Of a stretch of DNA of 58,309 nt, positions 8,880-18,551 are shown piece after piece. This stretch comes from a bacterium (GTDB taxonomy: Bacteria; SAR324; JACQKK01), in contig JBGOTW010000001.1 of the NCBI GenBank assembly GCA_041476685.1, positions 1 to 58,309 of the forward strand, given 5' to 3'. A program made the position numbers and the translations under genes. How positions within the stretch are numbered: the stretch's first letter is position 1; each line of letters begins with the position of its first letter. The notes beneath the pieces are model-generated. The model saw only the letters and a list, made by a program, of their open reading frames with translations, was not told where the DNA came from and did no database searches.

Positions 8880-10991
8880 ATGGCGGACGTGGCGGAAACT
8901 GCGAGCACCGTGCGCTACCGGCTCGGTTGCGACATCGGCGGCACCTTCACCGACTTCGTGCTGCTGGACACGAGCACGGGCCGCTTCGAGGTGCACAAGG
9001 TGCTCACCACGCCGCGGGACCCGTCCGAGGCGGTCGAGACCGGCGTCCTGGACCTGCGCAAGCGCCTGCCGGACTGCCTGGAACGCACCGAGCACGTCAT
9101 CCACGGCACGACGCTGGTGATCAACGCGATCATCGAGCGCACGGGCGCGCGCACGGCAATCCTGGCCACCAAGGGGTTCCCGGACGTGCTCGAGATGCGG
9201 CGGGAGATCCGCTACGACATCTACGACCTCAATGCCGGCTTCCCGGCGCCCCTGGTGCTGCGCCCCTGGCGGCGCGAAGTGACCGAGCGGGTGTACAGCG
9301 ACGGCCGGGTGCTTGTCGCGCTGGACGTCGCGGAAGTACGGGAAGCGCTGCGCTCGCTCGCGGCCGAGGGGGTCGAGTCGGTGGCCGTGTGCCTGCTGCA
9401 CTCCTACGCGAACGCGGCGCATGAGCGGGAAGTGGCGCGGATCGCGGCCGCGGAGCAGCCGCAGCTGGCGATCTCGCTCTCCTCCGAGGTGTTGCCCGAG
9501 ATCAAGGAGTACGAGCGCACGAGCACGACGGTGGTCAACGCCTATGCCAAGCCGCTCACGGACCGCTACCTGCACCGGCTGGAGGAGCGGTTGCGCGAGC
9601 AGGGACTGGCGGGCGGCCTGTTCCTGATGCTCTCCGGCGGGGGCATCATGTCCAGCGCGACGGCGCGGCAGTTTCCCGTGCGCCTGATCGAATCCGGCCC
9701 CGTCGGTGGCGTGCTGGCGGCCGTCCATCTCGCCCGGCAAGGCGGGATCGAGGACCTCGTCGTGTTCGACATGGGCGGCACCACCGCAAAGGCCTGCTTC
9801 GTCCACGGCGGGGAGCTTCCGATCAGCACCGAGTACGAGGTCGACCGCGTGCACCGCTTCAAGCGCGGCAGCGGCACGCCGGTGGGCGTGCCCACGGTGG
9901 ACCTGATCGAGATCGGGGCGGGCGGGGGCAGCCTGGCCGCCGTTGACCGGCTGGGCCTGCTGCAGGTGGGACCGCGCAGCGCCGGGGCCGATCCGGGCCC
10001 GATTTGCTATGGGCGCGGCGGCGTCCAGCCCACCGTCACCGACGCCGACTTGGCGCTGGGCTACCTCAGCTGCGACTATTTCCTCGGCGGCTCCATGCGC
10101 CTGGACTTGGATGCGGCCCGGACCGGCATCGAGCGGGTGCTGGGCCGCCCGCTGGGGTTGTCGGTGACGGAAGCCGCGTGGGGCGTGCACGAGGTCGTCA
10201 ACGAGAACATGGCCGCCGCCATCCGCACTTACTGCGCGGAGAAGGGCGGAAACCTGTCGCGGGCGACGCTGGTGGCCTTCGGCGGTGCCGGGCCGGTGCA
10301 CGCGTTCGGCTTCGCGAAAAAGCTCGGCATCAACCGGATCCTCGTGCCCCGCGGCGCGGGGGTGTTCTCGGCGCTCGGGTTCCTGGTGGCGCCGGTGTCT
10401 TTCGAGACCTCGCGCACGCACCTGCTGCGCCTGCGCGAGGCCACGCCCGAAGCGCTGGGCCGCCTCTTTGGCGAGCTGGAGCAGGGCGCGGCGGCGATGA
10501 TCCGGCAGGCGGTGCCGGGCGTGCCGGTCGTTTTCGCGCGGGCCGCCGACCTGTGCTACGCGGGACAGGGCCACTCCATCCGCATCCCGCTCGCGGCGGA
10601 CGGAGACGGACGGATCCGGCTCGAGGACGTGGCCGAGCGCTTCCTGCGCGAATACCGTGAGCGCTACGGGTACACCTACGACGATCTGGAGATCCAATGG
10701 GTGACACTGCGCGTGACGGCGAGCGCGCGGCAGGACATGCCCCCGGTGGCGCTGCCCTTCGCCCCTGCCGCGCGCGGGAACGGCGGCGCCGCCAAGGGCG
10801 AGCGGCTGGCGTACGCGCCCGCGCGGCGCAAGATGATCCCCCATCGCGTGGTGGAGCTGGAGAAGCTGAGCGCCGGGACCCGCCTCGAGGGCCCCCTCAT
10901 CGTCGAAGACGTCAGCTCGACCCTGATCGTGGGGGAGCAGGCGGCGGTGGAGGTGGACCGGCGCGGCTGGCTGCTCGTCACGCTGGACTGA
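8880..10991 (+). CDS. hyuA: Hydantoinase/oxoprolinase family protein, A subunit (HyuA-like)
   Basis: YRLGCDIGGTFTDFVLLD is the typical N-terminus, and a second ATPase motif FDMGGTTAK is present. An alternative GTG start lies at 8850. Confidence 0.85.
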   Translation: MADVAETASTVRYRLGCDIGGTFTDFVLLDTSTGRFEVHKVLTTPRDPSEAVETGVLDLRKRLPDCLERTEHVIHGTTLVINAIIERTGARTAILATKGFPDVLEMRREIRYDIYDLNAGFPAPLVLRPWRREVTERVYSDGRVLVALDVAEVREALRSLAAEGVESVAVCLLHSYANAAHEREVARIAAAEQPQLAISLSSEVLPEIKEYERTSTTVVNAYAKPLTDRYLHRLEERLREQGLAGGLFLMLSGGGIMSSATARQFPVRLIESGPVGGVLAAVHLARQGGIEDLVVFDMGGTTAKACFVHGGELPISTEYEVDRVHRFKRGSGTPVGVPTVDLIEIGAGGGSLAAVDRLGLLQVGPRSAGADPGPICYGRGGVQPTVTDADLALGYLSCDYFLGGSMRLDLDAARTGIERVLGRPLGLSVTEAAWGVHEVVNENMAAAIRTYCAEKGGNLSRATLVAFGGAGPVHAFGFAKKLGINRILVPRGAGVFSALGFLVAPVSFETSRTHLLRLREATPEALGRLFGELEQGAAAMIRQAVPGVPVVFARAADLCYAGQGHSIRIPLAADGDGRIRLEDVAERFLREYRERYGYTYDDLEIQWVTLRVTASARQDMPPVALPFAPAARGNGGAAKGERLAYAPARRKMIPHRVVELEKLSAGTRLEGPLIVEDVSSTLIVGEQAAVEVDRRGWLLVTLD

Positions 10992-11032
10992 CCCGCATCC
11001 GGATTCCGGCCGCACCCAGGAGAGCCTGAGCC

Positions 11033-12775
11033 ATGATGAAGCCTGCCGCAGTGCCGCCGCGCCGCCATTTCGACCCGATCACCTTCCAGGTGCTCTGGTC
11101 CCGCATGGTGAACATGGCGGACGAGATGGCCACCGTGCTGGTGAAGACCTCCTTTTCCCACGTGGTGCGCGACAATCACGACTACGCCTGCGCGCTGTAC
11201 GATGCGGACGGGCGCATGCTCGCCCAGTCGAACCAGTGCACGCCCGGCCAGCTCGGCGCCATGCCGATCGTGATGCAGGACTTCCTCAAGGAATATCCGC
11301 GGGAAACGCTCGCCCCGGGCGACGTCCTCATCACGAACGATCCCTGGCTGGGCTCCGGGCACACCCCGGATATCTTCATCGCGATGCCGATCTTCCGCCA
11401 CGGCCAGCTGGTCGGCTTCGCTGTCAATTCCGCGCACCATATCGACATCGGCGGCCGGCTCTCCGCCCCCGATGCCCAGGAGGTGTACGAAGAGGGGATC
11501 ATCCTGCCGATCTGCAAGCTCTACGACCGCGGCAAGCCGAACGAGGACCTGTTCCGCATCCTGCGCCGCAACGTGCGCCTGGCGGACAAGGTGATCGGCG
11601 ACATCCGCGCCCAGCTGGCCGCGAACCATTCCGCCTCGAAGCGCATGCTGGAATTCCTGGAGGAGATGCGGCTGGACGGCCTGAGCGACCTCGCCGAGGA
11701 GATCATGGATCACTCCGAAGCCAGCATGCGCGCGGCGATCGCCGAGGTGCCCGAAGGCAGCTACGCGCACGCGCTGCAGCTTGAGGACGTGGACCCGAGC
11801 GGAAAGCGGCTGGACATCAAGGTGCGCGTGGACGTCAAGGGCGGCGAGATCTTCGTGGATTTCGCGGGCACCTCCCCGCAGGTGCCGCTCCCCATCAACA
11901 GCGTGTACAACATCACCTATGCCTACACCGTGTTTCCCATCAAGTCGGCCCTGCACCCGCACATTCCCAACAACGCGGGCTGCGCGCGCCCGATCCACCT
12001 GAGCGTCCCGGACGGCACGCTGCTCAACGCGCGCTTTCCCGTGGCGGTGATGTGGCGCACCTCGCTGGTGTACTTCGCCGTCGAGGCGATCTTCGGCGCG
12101 CTGGCCCAGGCGATTCCCGAGAAGGTGATGGCGCCGAGCGGGACCTATCCGCTCTGGATCGCGATGTTCTCCGGGGAATTCGACGACGGCCGGCCCTTCA
12201 AGATGCACTTCAACGCCCAGGGCGGCCAGGGCGCCCGCTTCGCGATGGACGGGCTGTCCACGACCGTGTATCCGCCCAACGTGGCCAGCACGCCGGTGGA
12301 GCTGCTGGAGGCGGAAACGCCGCTGCTGTGCGAGCGGAAATCCCTCATTCCCGATTCCGGCGGCGCGGGGAAGTTCCGCGGCGGCTGCGGCCAGGAGATC
12401 GTGATCCGCAACCTGTCCGGCCGCACGGTGCGCAGCGGCGTCGTCGGGGGGCGGTTCCGCTATCCGGCGACGGGCCTGCAGGGTGGCGGGCCGGGGGCGA
12501 ACGGAAGCGCCCAGGTCAACGACGAGGAGCCCCTGCAGCGCAGCCGGCAGCTCGAACTGGGCCCGGGGGACGTCGTCCACATGCGCTATCCGGGCGGCGG
12601 CGGCTTCGGCGCTCCCTTCGAGCGCGCCCCCGAACGGGTGCTGGACGACATCCGCCGCGGCCTGGTCAGCCCGGAGCAGGCGCGCAGCGCATACGGTGTC
12701 GCCGTCCTGCCGGGCCTCCAGGGCGTGGACGCGGCGGAAACGAGCCGCTTGCGCGCCACCGCGAAGCGCAACTGA
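11033..12775 (+). CDS. hyuB: Hydantoinase B/oxoprolinase family protein (HyuB-like)
   Basis: DPITFQVLWSRMVNMADEMATVLVKTSFSHVVRDNHDYACALYD is typical of HyuB. The gene directly follows hyuA. Confidence 0.9.
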   Translation: MMKPAAVPPRRHFDPITFQVLWSRMVNMADEMATVLVKTSFSHVVRDNHDYACALYDADGRMLAQSNQCTPGQLGAMPIVMQDFLKEYPRETLAPGDVLITNDPWLGSGHTPDIFIAMPIFRHGQLVGFAVNSAHHIDIGGRLSAPDAQEVYEEGIILPICKLYDRGKPNEDLFRILRRNVRLADKVIGDIRAQLAANHSASKRMLEFLEEMRLDGLSDLAEEIMDHSEASMRAAIAEVPEGSYAHALQLEDVDPSGKRLDIKVRVDVKGGEIFVDFAGTSPQVPLPINSVYNITYAYTVFPIKSALHPHIPNNAGCARPIHLSVPDGTLLNARFPVAVMWRTSLVYFAVEAIFGALAQAIPEKVMAPSGTYPLWIAMFSGEFDDGRPFKMHFNAQGGQGARFAMDGLSTTVYPPNVASTPVELLEAETPLLCERKSLIPDSGGAGKFRGGCGQEIVIRNLSGRTVRSGVVGGRFRYPATGLQGGGPGANGSAQVNDEEPLQRSRQLELGPGDVVHMRYPGGGGFGAPFERAPERVLDDIRRGLVSPEQARSAYGVAVLPGLQGVDAAETSRLRATAKRN

Positions 12776-12928
12776 ACCGGCGCAGAGGGATTGATCCTGC
12801 GCTGTGGTCTTGAGGGCCGGCGAAGGGCGTGCACTGGCCCATGCGCGCGGAAAGCCGTCCACGCGCCGGGAAATCCCGTCGCCGGCAGGCCGGCGGCGTC
12901 CTGGCGCGCACCACCGAGAGACACACCC

Positions 12929-13828
12929 ATGTTGCCCGGACACGGTCGCTATCCCTATTCGCCCATCACGGGCCGGCCCGATTACACCTGGCCCGGCGGC
13001 AAGCGCCTGGCCGTCTATCTTGCGCTCAACGTGGAGCACTTCGCCTTCGGGGAGGCGCCGGGAGCGGACTTCTCCGCGCCCGCGGTGCCGCCCCACCATC
13101 GCAGCTATGCCTGGCGCGAGTACGGCAACCGCGTCGGAATCGGGCGTCTGCTGGACCTGTTCGAGGAGCTGCGCCTGCCGGTGGCCCTGCTCGTCAACTC
13201 GGAGATCTACGACTACTGCCCGGAAATCATCGCGCCTTACCGCAAGCGGGGAGACGAGATCGTCGGGCACGGCCGCACCAATACCCTCAGCCTGCGCCAG
13301 GCCGACCTCAGCGAGAAGCTGGAGCGCGAGCTGATCGCCGAGTGCACCGCCACGCTCACCCGCCACGAGGGCAAGCCCCCCCGCGGCTGGCTGGGACCCT
13401 GGATTTCCCAGAGCTGGGTGACGCCCGACCTGCTGAAGGAGGCGGGCTACCGCTACATGCTCGATTGGCACTTCGACGACCAGCCCGTATGGTTCTCCAC
13501 CCGCGCCGGGCCGCTCCTGGCGGTTCCGTACCCGGCGATGGAGGTCAACGACTCCCCGGCGTTCATCTACCGCCGCGTGTCCGAAGACCACTTCGCCGGC
13601 ATGATCGTGGACCAGTTCGACGAGCTGCTCGAGCAGTCGCGCAAGCAGCCGCTCGTCTGCCCCATCTCCCTGCACACCTTCATCGTGGGCCAGCCCTTCC
13701 GCCTGCGCCGGCTGCGCCGCGCGTTGCGGCACATCGCCGACCACGCGGGCGAAATCTGGCTGACCCGCCCCGGGCAGATCGCAGAGCATGTCGAGAGCCT
13801 GCCGGCCGGAACGGTGCCCGGCAGATAG
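12929..13828 (+). CDS. Polysaccharide deacetylase family protein (PuuE/allantoinase-like)
   Basis: The start is the ATG at 12929. YPYSPITGRPDYTWPGGKRLAVYLALNVEHFAFGE resembles PuuE-type deacetylase-fold hydrolases. The upstream 46 codons of the track ORF are not protein-like. Confidence 0.75.
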   Translation: MLPGHGRYPYSPITGRPDYTWPGGKRLAVYLALNVEHFAFGEAPGADFSAPAVPPHHRSYAWREYGNRVGIGRLLDLFEELRLPVALLVNSEIYDYCPEIIAPYRKRGDEIVGHGRTNTLSLRQADLSEKLERELIAECTATLTRHEGKPPRGWLGPWISQSWVTPDLLKEAGYRYMLDWHFDDQPVWFSTRAGPLLAVPYPAMEVNDSPAFIYRRVSEDHFAGMIVDQFDELLEQSRKQPLVCPISLHTFIVGQPFRLRRLRRALRHIADHAGEIWLTRPGQIAEHVESLPAGTVPGR

Positions 13829-13866
13829 AGTGCGTCCTTTTCCGCCGCCATCCGCTCGCCGTCCGC

Positions 13867-14664
13867 TCACCGTCCCCGAAATACCGGCTTGCGCTTCTCG
13901 TTGTAGGCGCGCACGCCCTCCATCCGGTCCTCCGTGCGGACGAGGTGGTTGTACGCCTCGATCTCGAAGCGGAACGCGGTCTTGAGCTCCATCTGCAGTC
14001 CAAAGTGCATGGACTTCTTCGCCTGGCGGATCGAGAGCGGGGCGTTGCCGGCGATCGTGCGGGCCGTGTCGAGCACCGCCGGCATGAGCTGGGCCGGCTC
14101 GACGATGCGGTTGACGACGCCCCACTCGTAGGCTTCCTGGGCCGTGAAGGGCCTGCCGGTCAGGATGATCTCCTTGGCCCGGCGCTCGCCCACGGCGCGC
14201 GGCAGATTCTGCGTGCCGCCCGCGCCGGGCATGATGCCGAGCGTCACCTCGGTGAGGGCGAAGCGGGCCGTGCCGACGGCGTAGATGAAGTCGCACGTGA
14301 GCGCGGTCTCGAGCCCGCCGGCGTAGGCGTGACCGTTGAGCGCCGCGATCACCGGGATCGGCACCTCGATCAGCGTCCAATAGGAGCGCTCGAACAGCTC
14401 GTGCTGCGCGCGCCAGACCTGCTCGGTCATCCCGTTGCGCTCCTTCAGGTCGCCCCCCGCGCAGAAGGCCTGGTCGCCCGCCCCGGTGAGAATTGCGCAA
14501 CGCACGTCCTCGGGATCGACGGTCAGGCGCGTCCACAAGTCGAGCATGTCGTGCCCCATCTGTGTGTTCATGGCGTTGCGCACCTCGGGCCGGTTCAGCG
14601 TGATGACGAGCAGGTGCGGCTCGGGCATGGCGGTCTTCAGGGTCTCGTAGTCTGGCAGCTTCAT
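13867..14664 (-). CDS. Enoyl-CoA hydratase/isomerase (crotonase) family protein
   Basis: LITLNRPEVRNAM, GAGDQAFCAGGDLKE, and GHAYAGGLETALTCDF (oxyanion-hole segments). Confidence 0.9.
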   Translation of the reverse strand: MKLPDYETLKTAMPEPHLLVITLNRPEVRNAMNTQMGHDMLDLWTRLTVDPEDVRCAILTGAGDQAFCAGGDLKERNGMTEQVWRAQHELFERSYWTLIEVPIPVIAALNGHAYAGGLETALTCDFIYAVGTARFALTEVTLGIMPGAGGTQNLPRAVGERRAKEIILTGRPFTAQEAYEWGVVNRIVEPAQLMPAVLDTARTIAGNAPLSIRQAKKSMHFGLQMELKTAFRFEIEAYNHLVRTEDRMEGVRAYNEKRKPVFRGR

Positions 14665-14825
14665 CGGGGTATCCTTGTGGGAGCGGTAAATACGGCGGCG
14701 GTATGCTCGCCCAGCGCCGGCGTGGCGAGACTTTCGCGAGCAATCCCGTAGCGGGACGGCAGAAACCAGGGTATGCCTGGGGCCGGGGCGGACCCCCGAA
14801 CCTTCATCCCCACGCGCAAGGTCTC

Positions 14826-15383
14826 ATGAGGAACATTCCGCGAAACATCCTGCTGATCCAGGGGGCGAACATGGCCTATCTCGGCCGGCGCCAGCCCGAG
14901 ATCTACGGCACGACCAACGCGCAGGAGCTGGACGCGCTCATGCTTGCGTTCGCCGCGGAGCGGAATTGCACGCTGTCCATCTTCTATACCCATCTCGAAG
15001 GCGAAGCGATTCGCCGCATTTACGAGGCCGTGGACGAGGGGTGCGACGGCTTGCTGATGAACCCGGCCGGATTCACCTATGCGGGCTACGCCTTGCGCGA
15101 CTGCCTGCGCGCCGTGCCGTTCCCATACGTGGAAGCGCACATGACCAATCTGGACAAGCGCGGCACGCGCTCGGTGACGGCGGAAGCCGCGCTTGGAGTG
15201 GTGTTCGGCTTCGGCGTGCGCTCGTACACGCTCGGGCTGGAGGCTCTGCTGCAGCATCTGGCCGAACGCGATGGAGGCTCGCGCGCCCAGATGCCGTCAC
15301 CGCGGGCGCCGGCCAAGCGCAGCCGAGGCGGCGCCCGGCGGCCGCGGGCCAGGCTTGCGACAGGAAGGCGTCGCGGAGGCTGA
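14826..15383 (+). CDS. aroQ: Type II 3-dehydroquinate dehydratase with an atypical basic C-terminal tail
   Basis: ILLIQGANMAYLGRRQPEIYG, FYTHLEGEAI, NPAGFTYAGYALRDC and EAHMTNLDKRG are AroQ hallmarks. About 38 extra residues rich in Arg, Pro and Gly follow the normal end, and they overlap an antisense gene remnant. Confidence 0.85.
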   Translation: MRNIPRNILLIQGANMAYLGRRQPEIYGTTNAQELDALMLAFAAERNCTLSIFYTHLEGEAIRRIYEAVDEGCDGLLMNPAGFTYAGYALRDCLRAVPFPYVEAHMTNLDKRGTRSVTAEAALGVVFGFGVRSYTLGLEALLQHLAERDGGSRAQMPSPRAPAKRSRGGARRPRARLATGRRRGG

Positions 15384-15480
15384 CAAAGCGCTCCGGTTGC
15401 TCGATCCGGGGACAGTGCCTGCAGCCGCGGACGTCCACGCAGCGGGCGTCCGGGATGCCCTCGGCGAGCCTGCGCGCCAG
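15361..15480 (-). pseudogene. Possible remnant of the C-terminus of an alpha/beta-hydrolase
   Basis: The minus-strand translation LARRLAEGIPDARCVDVRGCRHCPRIEQPERFVSLRDAFL resembles the C-terminal catalytic-His segment (GxGHxxxxExPExF) of alpha/beta hydrolases. No N-terminal part is present. Confidence 0.35.
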
Positions 15481-15531
15481 CCCCGTCCCGCCCCAAGACG
15501 CCCGAAACCCGATTCGAAGAGAAGGAGAGCC

Positions 15532-16698
15532 ATGCTGAGCGGCGCACACCGGTACTTCCTGCAGGAGCGCGTCATCTACGGCCGGCCCGCGCCGGAGGCC
15601 GTGGCCGAGGAGGCGCAGGCGCTCGGGGCGAGCCGCGTGTTCGTCACCACCAACCGCTCGCTGGGGGGCGAGCGCGGCTTAGCCGCAGCCGTGGCCCAGG
15701 GGCTGGGTCGCCTGCATGCGGGCACCTACGCGGGGATCACGGCTCACTCGCCGCGCGAATGCGTTGTGGAGGGCGCCGCCCAGGCCCGTGCGGCCCGCGC
15801 CGACCTGCTGGTCGCCGTCGGCGGAGGTTCGGTGATCGACGCGACGAAGCTGATGCTGCTCTGCCTCTGGCGCGGCCTGACGCGCAGCGAGGAACTCGAT
15901 CCCTATCGCGACACGCAGGGCGTGGACCCGAGCAGGCGCCCCGCCGACATGGAGCGGGCGGTGCGCATGCTGGCAGTGCCGACGACCTACTCCGCCGCGG
16001 AGTTCACCTACATCGCGGGCGTGACCGACACGAAGCGGCACGTAAAGGAGATCTACGGCCACGCGCTATTCACGCCCCAGGCTGTCGTGCTCGATCCGGC
16101 GGCGACCCTGACGACGCCGCTGGAGCTTTTGCTGTCCACGGGCATGAAAGCGGTGGACCACGCGGTGGAACGGCTCTGTGCGCCGCAGACCAATCCCTAT
16201 TCGGACGCCACCGGCGCGGAGGCCCTGCGCCTGCTGACGGGGGCGCTGCCCGCGATCAAGGCCGCGCCGGAAGCGCTGGGGCCGCGGCTCGATGGGCAAC
16301 TGGGGATGTGGCTGTCCATCACCGGCGCCGCGTCGGGAGTCGGAGTGGGCGCCAGCCACGCCATCGGCCACACACTCGGTGGCTCCTACGGCATCCCGCA
16401 CGGGATCACGTCCTGCGTGACGCTGCCCGGAGTGCTGCGCTGGAACGCTCAGGCGAACATGGAAAGGCAGCGCAAGGTGGCCGCCCTGATGGGACAGCCC
16501 GACCGCGAAGCGGCGCGGCTCGTGGCGGAGCTCGTGGCTCGGCTCGGCCTGCCGGGCCGGCTGAGGGACGTGGGCATCCGCCGCGAGGACTTCCGCGCCA
16601 TCGCCGAGCACACGATGCTCGATCCGCCCGTGCGCTCCAACCCGCGGCCGATCCAGGGCCCGGAGGACATCGTGGCCATCCTGGAGCTAGCCTGGTAG
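15532..16698 (+). CDS. Iron-containing alcohol dehydrogenase family protein (maleylacetate-reductase-like)
   Basis: The ATG at 15532 follows GAAGGAGAG. Family-like segments are VIYGRPAPEAVAEEAQALGASRVFVTTN, VAVGGGSVIDATK and the metal-site region SHAIGHTLGG. Confidence 0.8.
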   Translation: MLSGAHRYFLQERVIYGRPAPEAVAEEAQALGASRVFVTTNRSLGGERGLAAAVAQGLGRLHAGTYAGITAHSPRECVVEGAAQARAARADLLVAVGGGSVIDATKLMLLCLWRGLTRSEELDPYRDTQGVDPSRRPADMERAVRMLAVPTTYSAAEFTYIAGVTDTKRHVKEIYGHALFTPQAVVLDPAATLTTPLELLLSTGMKAVDHAVERLCAPQTNPYSDATGAEALRLLTGALPAIKAAPEALGPRLDGQLGMWLSITGAASGVGVGASHAIGHTLGGSYGIPHGITSCVTLPGVLRWNAQANMERQRKVAALMGQPDREAARLVAELVARLGLPGRLRDVGIRREDFRAIAEHTMLDPPVRSNPRPIQGPEDIVAILELAW

Positions 16699-16852
16699 CG
16701 GGCTGCAGGCCCCGCTCCGCTCCCTGCGGCCGACTTCGCGCCAGGTGAACGGCGGTGCATGCAAGCCGATGCCCGACCCTGATCGGGACGGCAAGTGCCG
16801 CGCCGCCGCGGATGTGCGAGAAGAGGTTGTCCAACTGCTCGGAGCCGGGCGT

Positions 16853-17530
16853 ATGACGAGTCGGATTCGGGTGTGCGTGTTCGATGCCTATGGAACCCTG
16901 TTCGATGTCCACTCCGCGGTGGCCCGGCACGCGGGCGCCGTGGGCCCCAAGGCGGAGGACGTGTCGAAGCTGTGGCGGGCCAAGCAGCTCGAGTACACGT
17001 GGACCCGCACGCTGATGGGCCGCCACGCGGACTTCTGGGCCCTGACGGGCGAGGCCCTGGACGTTGCCTTGTCCGCGTTCGGCGTCGGCGGCGGGGTGCT
17101 GCGCGATTCCCTGCTCGACGCCTACCGCCGGCTCACGGCCTACGCGGAAGTGCCCGCGGTGCTGACGCGGCTGCGCGGCGCGGGAATGAAGACGGCGATC
17201 CTGTCCAACGGCACGCCGGCCATGCTCCAGGACGCGGTTAAGGCGGCGGGCATCGCTTCCCTGCTCGATGCGGTGCTGTCGGTCGAACAGATCGGGATCT
17301 ACAAGCCCGACGCCCGCGTCTACCAGATCGCCTGCCGGCACTTCGGCGTTGAGCCCGGCGAGATCTGCTTCCAGTCCTCGAATGCCTGGGATGCGGCCGG
17401 CGCCGCGGCGTTCGGATTCCGGGTCGCCTGGATCAACCGCAGCGGCCAGCCCGTCGAGTACGGCTTTGCCAAGCCTTCGATCACGCTGCCCAGCCTGGAG
17501 AAGCTGCCCGAATACGTCCTGGAGGGCTAG
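16853..17530 (+). CDS. Haloacid dehalogenase, type II (HAD superfamily)
   Basis: VFDAYGTLFDV (nucleophile Asp motif), WRAKQLEYTWTRTLMG and SSNAWDAAGAAAFGF are typical of L-2-haloacid dehalogenases. Confidence 0.85.
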   Translation: MTSRIRVCVFDAYGTLFDVHSAVARHAGAVGPKAEDVSKLWRAKQLEYTWTRTLMGRHADFWALTGEALDVALSAFGVGGGVLRDSLLDAYRRLTAYAEVPAVLTRLRGAGMKTAILSNGTPAMLQDAVKAAGIASLLDAVLSVEQIGIYKPDARVYQIACRHFGVEPGEICFQSSNAWDAAGAAAFGFRVAWINRSGQPVEYGFAKPSITLPSLEKLPEYVLEG

Positions 17531-17729
17531 CGAGCGGCTCACAGGCGCCGGCAGGAGCGGCGAGGCTGCGCCGCATTCGCCCGCAGGACTCGGTCATCCT
17601 CCCGCGAGTGTGGAACGCAGTCATGCCTCGCGGCGTGTGGTAGGCTTGCGCGCGAATCCAACCAAGCGCACAGATCAATCGACTTCCCCCACTGGATCGG
17701 ATAATTTCCGCCCATCCTGCAGCGCGGGA

Positions 17730-18551
17730 ATGTCTCTGCGGGGCGTGTCATTTGGCGAAAGAGGGGCTCGGTTGAGCATCGGGACAGCGATCGAAGTCGG
17801 GCACCTGACGAAGGAGTACGGCACGGAGCGGGGCACACTGCTCGCCCTGGAGGACATCGATTTCTCCGTGGCGGAAGGCGAATTCGTCTCCATCGTCGGT
17901 CCCTCCGGCTGTGGCAAGACCACCCTGCTCAAGATCCTGGCCGGTTTGCTGGAGACGACCTCCGGGAAGGCGACCCTGCGCGGCACGCCCATCTCCGGGC
18001 CGCGCAACGACATCGGGGTCGTGTTCCAATCGCCCGTGCTGTTCCCATGGCGCTCGGTGCTGGACAACGTGATGCTTCCGGTGGAAGTGCAGCGGCTCGA
18101 CCGCGCCCGGCATTTGAAGGCGGCGCGGGAGCTCCTGCTGCTGGTCGGGCTCCGCGACTTCGAGACGCGCTACCCGTGGGAACTTTCGGGAGGCATGCAG
18201 CAGCGCGTGGCGATCGTGCGCGGGCTGATCCACGATCCGGCGATGCTCCTGATGGACGAGCCGTTCGGCGCGCTGGATGCGATGACACGCGAAAGCATGA
18301 ACCTGGAGCTGCAGCGCATCTGGCTCGAGCGCCGCAAGACCGTCCTGTTCATCACGCACTCCATCCCGGAAGCGGTGTTCCTGGCGGACCGCGTATTCGT
18401 GATGACGCCCCGGCCGGGCAAGCTCATGCTCACCGAATCGATCCGGATTCCCCGGCCGCGCACCCTGGACGCCATGACGCTTCCCGCGTTCGGGGAGCAC
18501 GTGCGCCGGATCCGCGCCTGTTTCAACTCCAACAGCGGGATTGACGGATGA
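17730..18551 (+). CDS. ABC transporter ATP-binding protein (NitT/TauT family)
   Basis: Walker A GPSGCGKTT, signature LSGGMQQRVAIVRGL, Walker B LLMDEPFGALD. The start is uncertain: an in-frame TTG at 17772 has a better RBS. Confidence 0.85.
   Translation: MSLRGVSFGERGARLSIGTAIEVGHLTKEYGTERGTLLALEDIDFSVAEGEFVSIVGPSGCGKTTLLKILAGLLETTSGKATLRGTPISGPRNDIGVVFQSPVLFPWRSVLDNVMLPVEVQRLDRARHLKAARELLLLVGLRDFETRYPWELSGGMQQRVAIVRGLIHDPAMLLMDEPFGALDAMTRESMNLELQRIWLERRKTVLFITHSIPEAVFLADRVFVMTPRPGKLMLTESIRIPRPRTLDAMTLPAFGEHVRRIRACFNSNSGIDG

Noticed and set aside
5919-11015. Very long antisense ORFs in the track. Examples: 1698 aa at 5919-11015(-), 1355 aa at 10676-14743(-), 615 aa at 3462-5309(-), 734 aa at 26361-28565(-), 731 aa at 45879-48074(-), 1048 aa at 51106-54252(-).
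   Set aside because: Their translations are Arg/Gly/Ala/Pro/His-rich low complexity with no recognisable motifs. Each lies antisense to several consecutive genes with clear family signatures and strong GC3 bias. Long stop-free antisense frames are expected in DNA this GC-rich.
17691-17710. TPP (THI-box) riboswitch upstream of the NMT1/THI5-type ABC transporter. The segment actggatcggataatttccg resembles the CTGATCTGGATAATGCCAGC part of the THI element.
   Set aside because: I could not find the other invariant parts of the THI element (the CUGAGA bulge and the paired GGGG/ACCC helices) in 17531-17729. The resemblance is limited to about 12 nt. Only a covariance-model scan could revive this.
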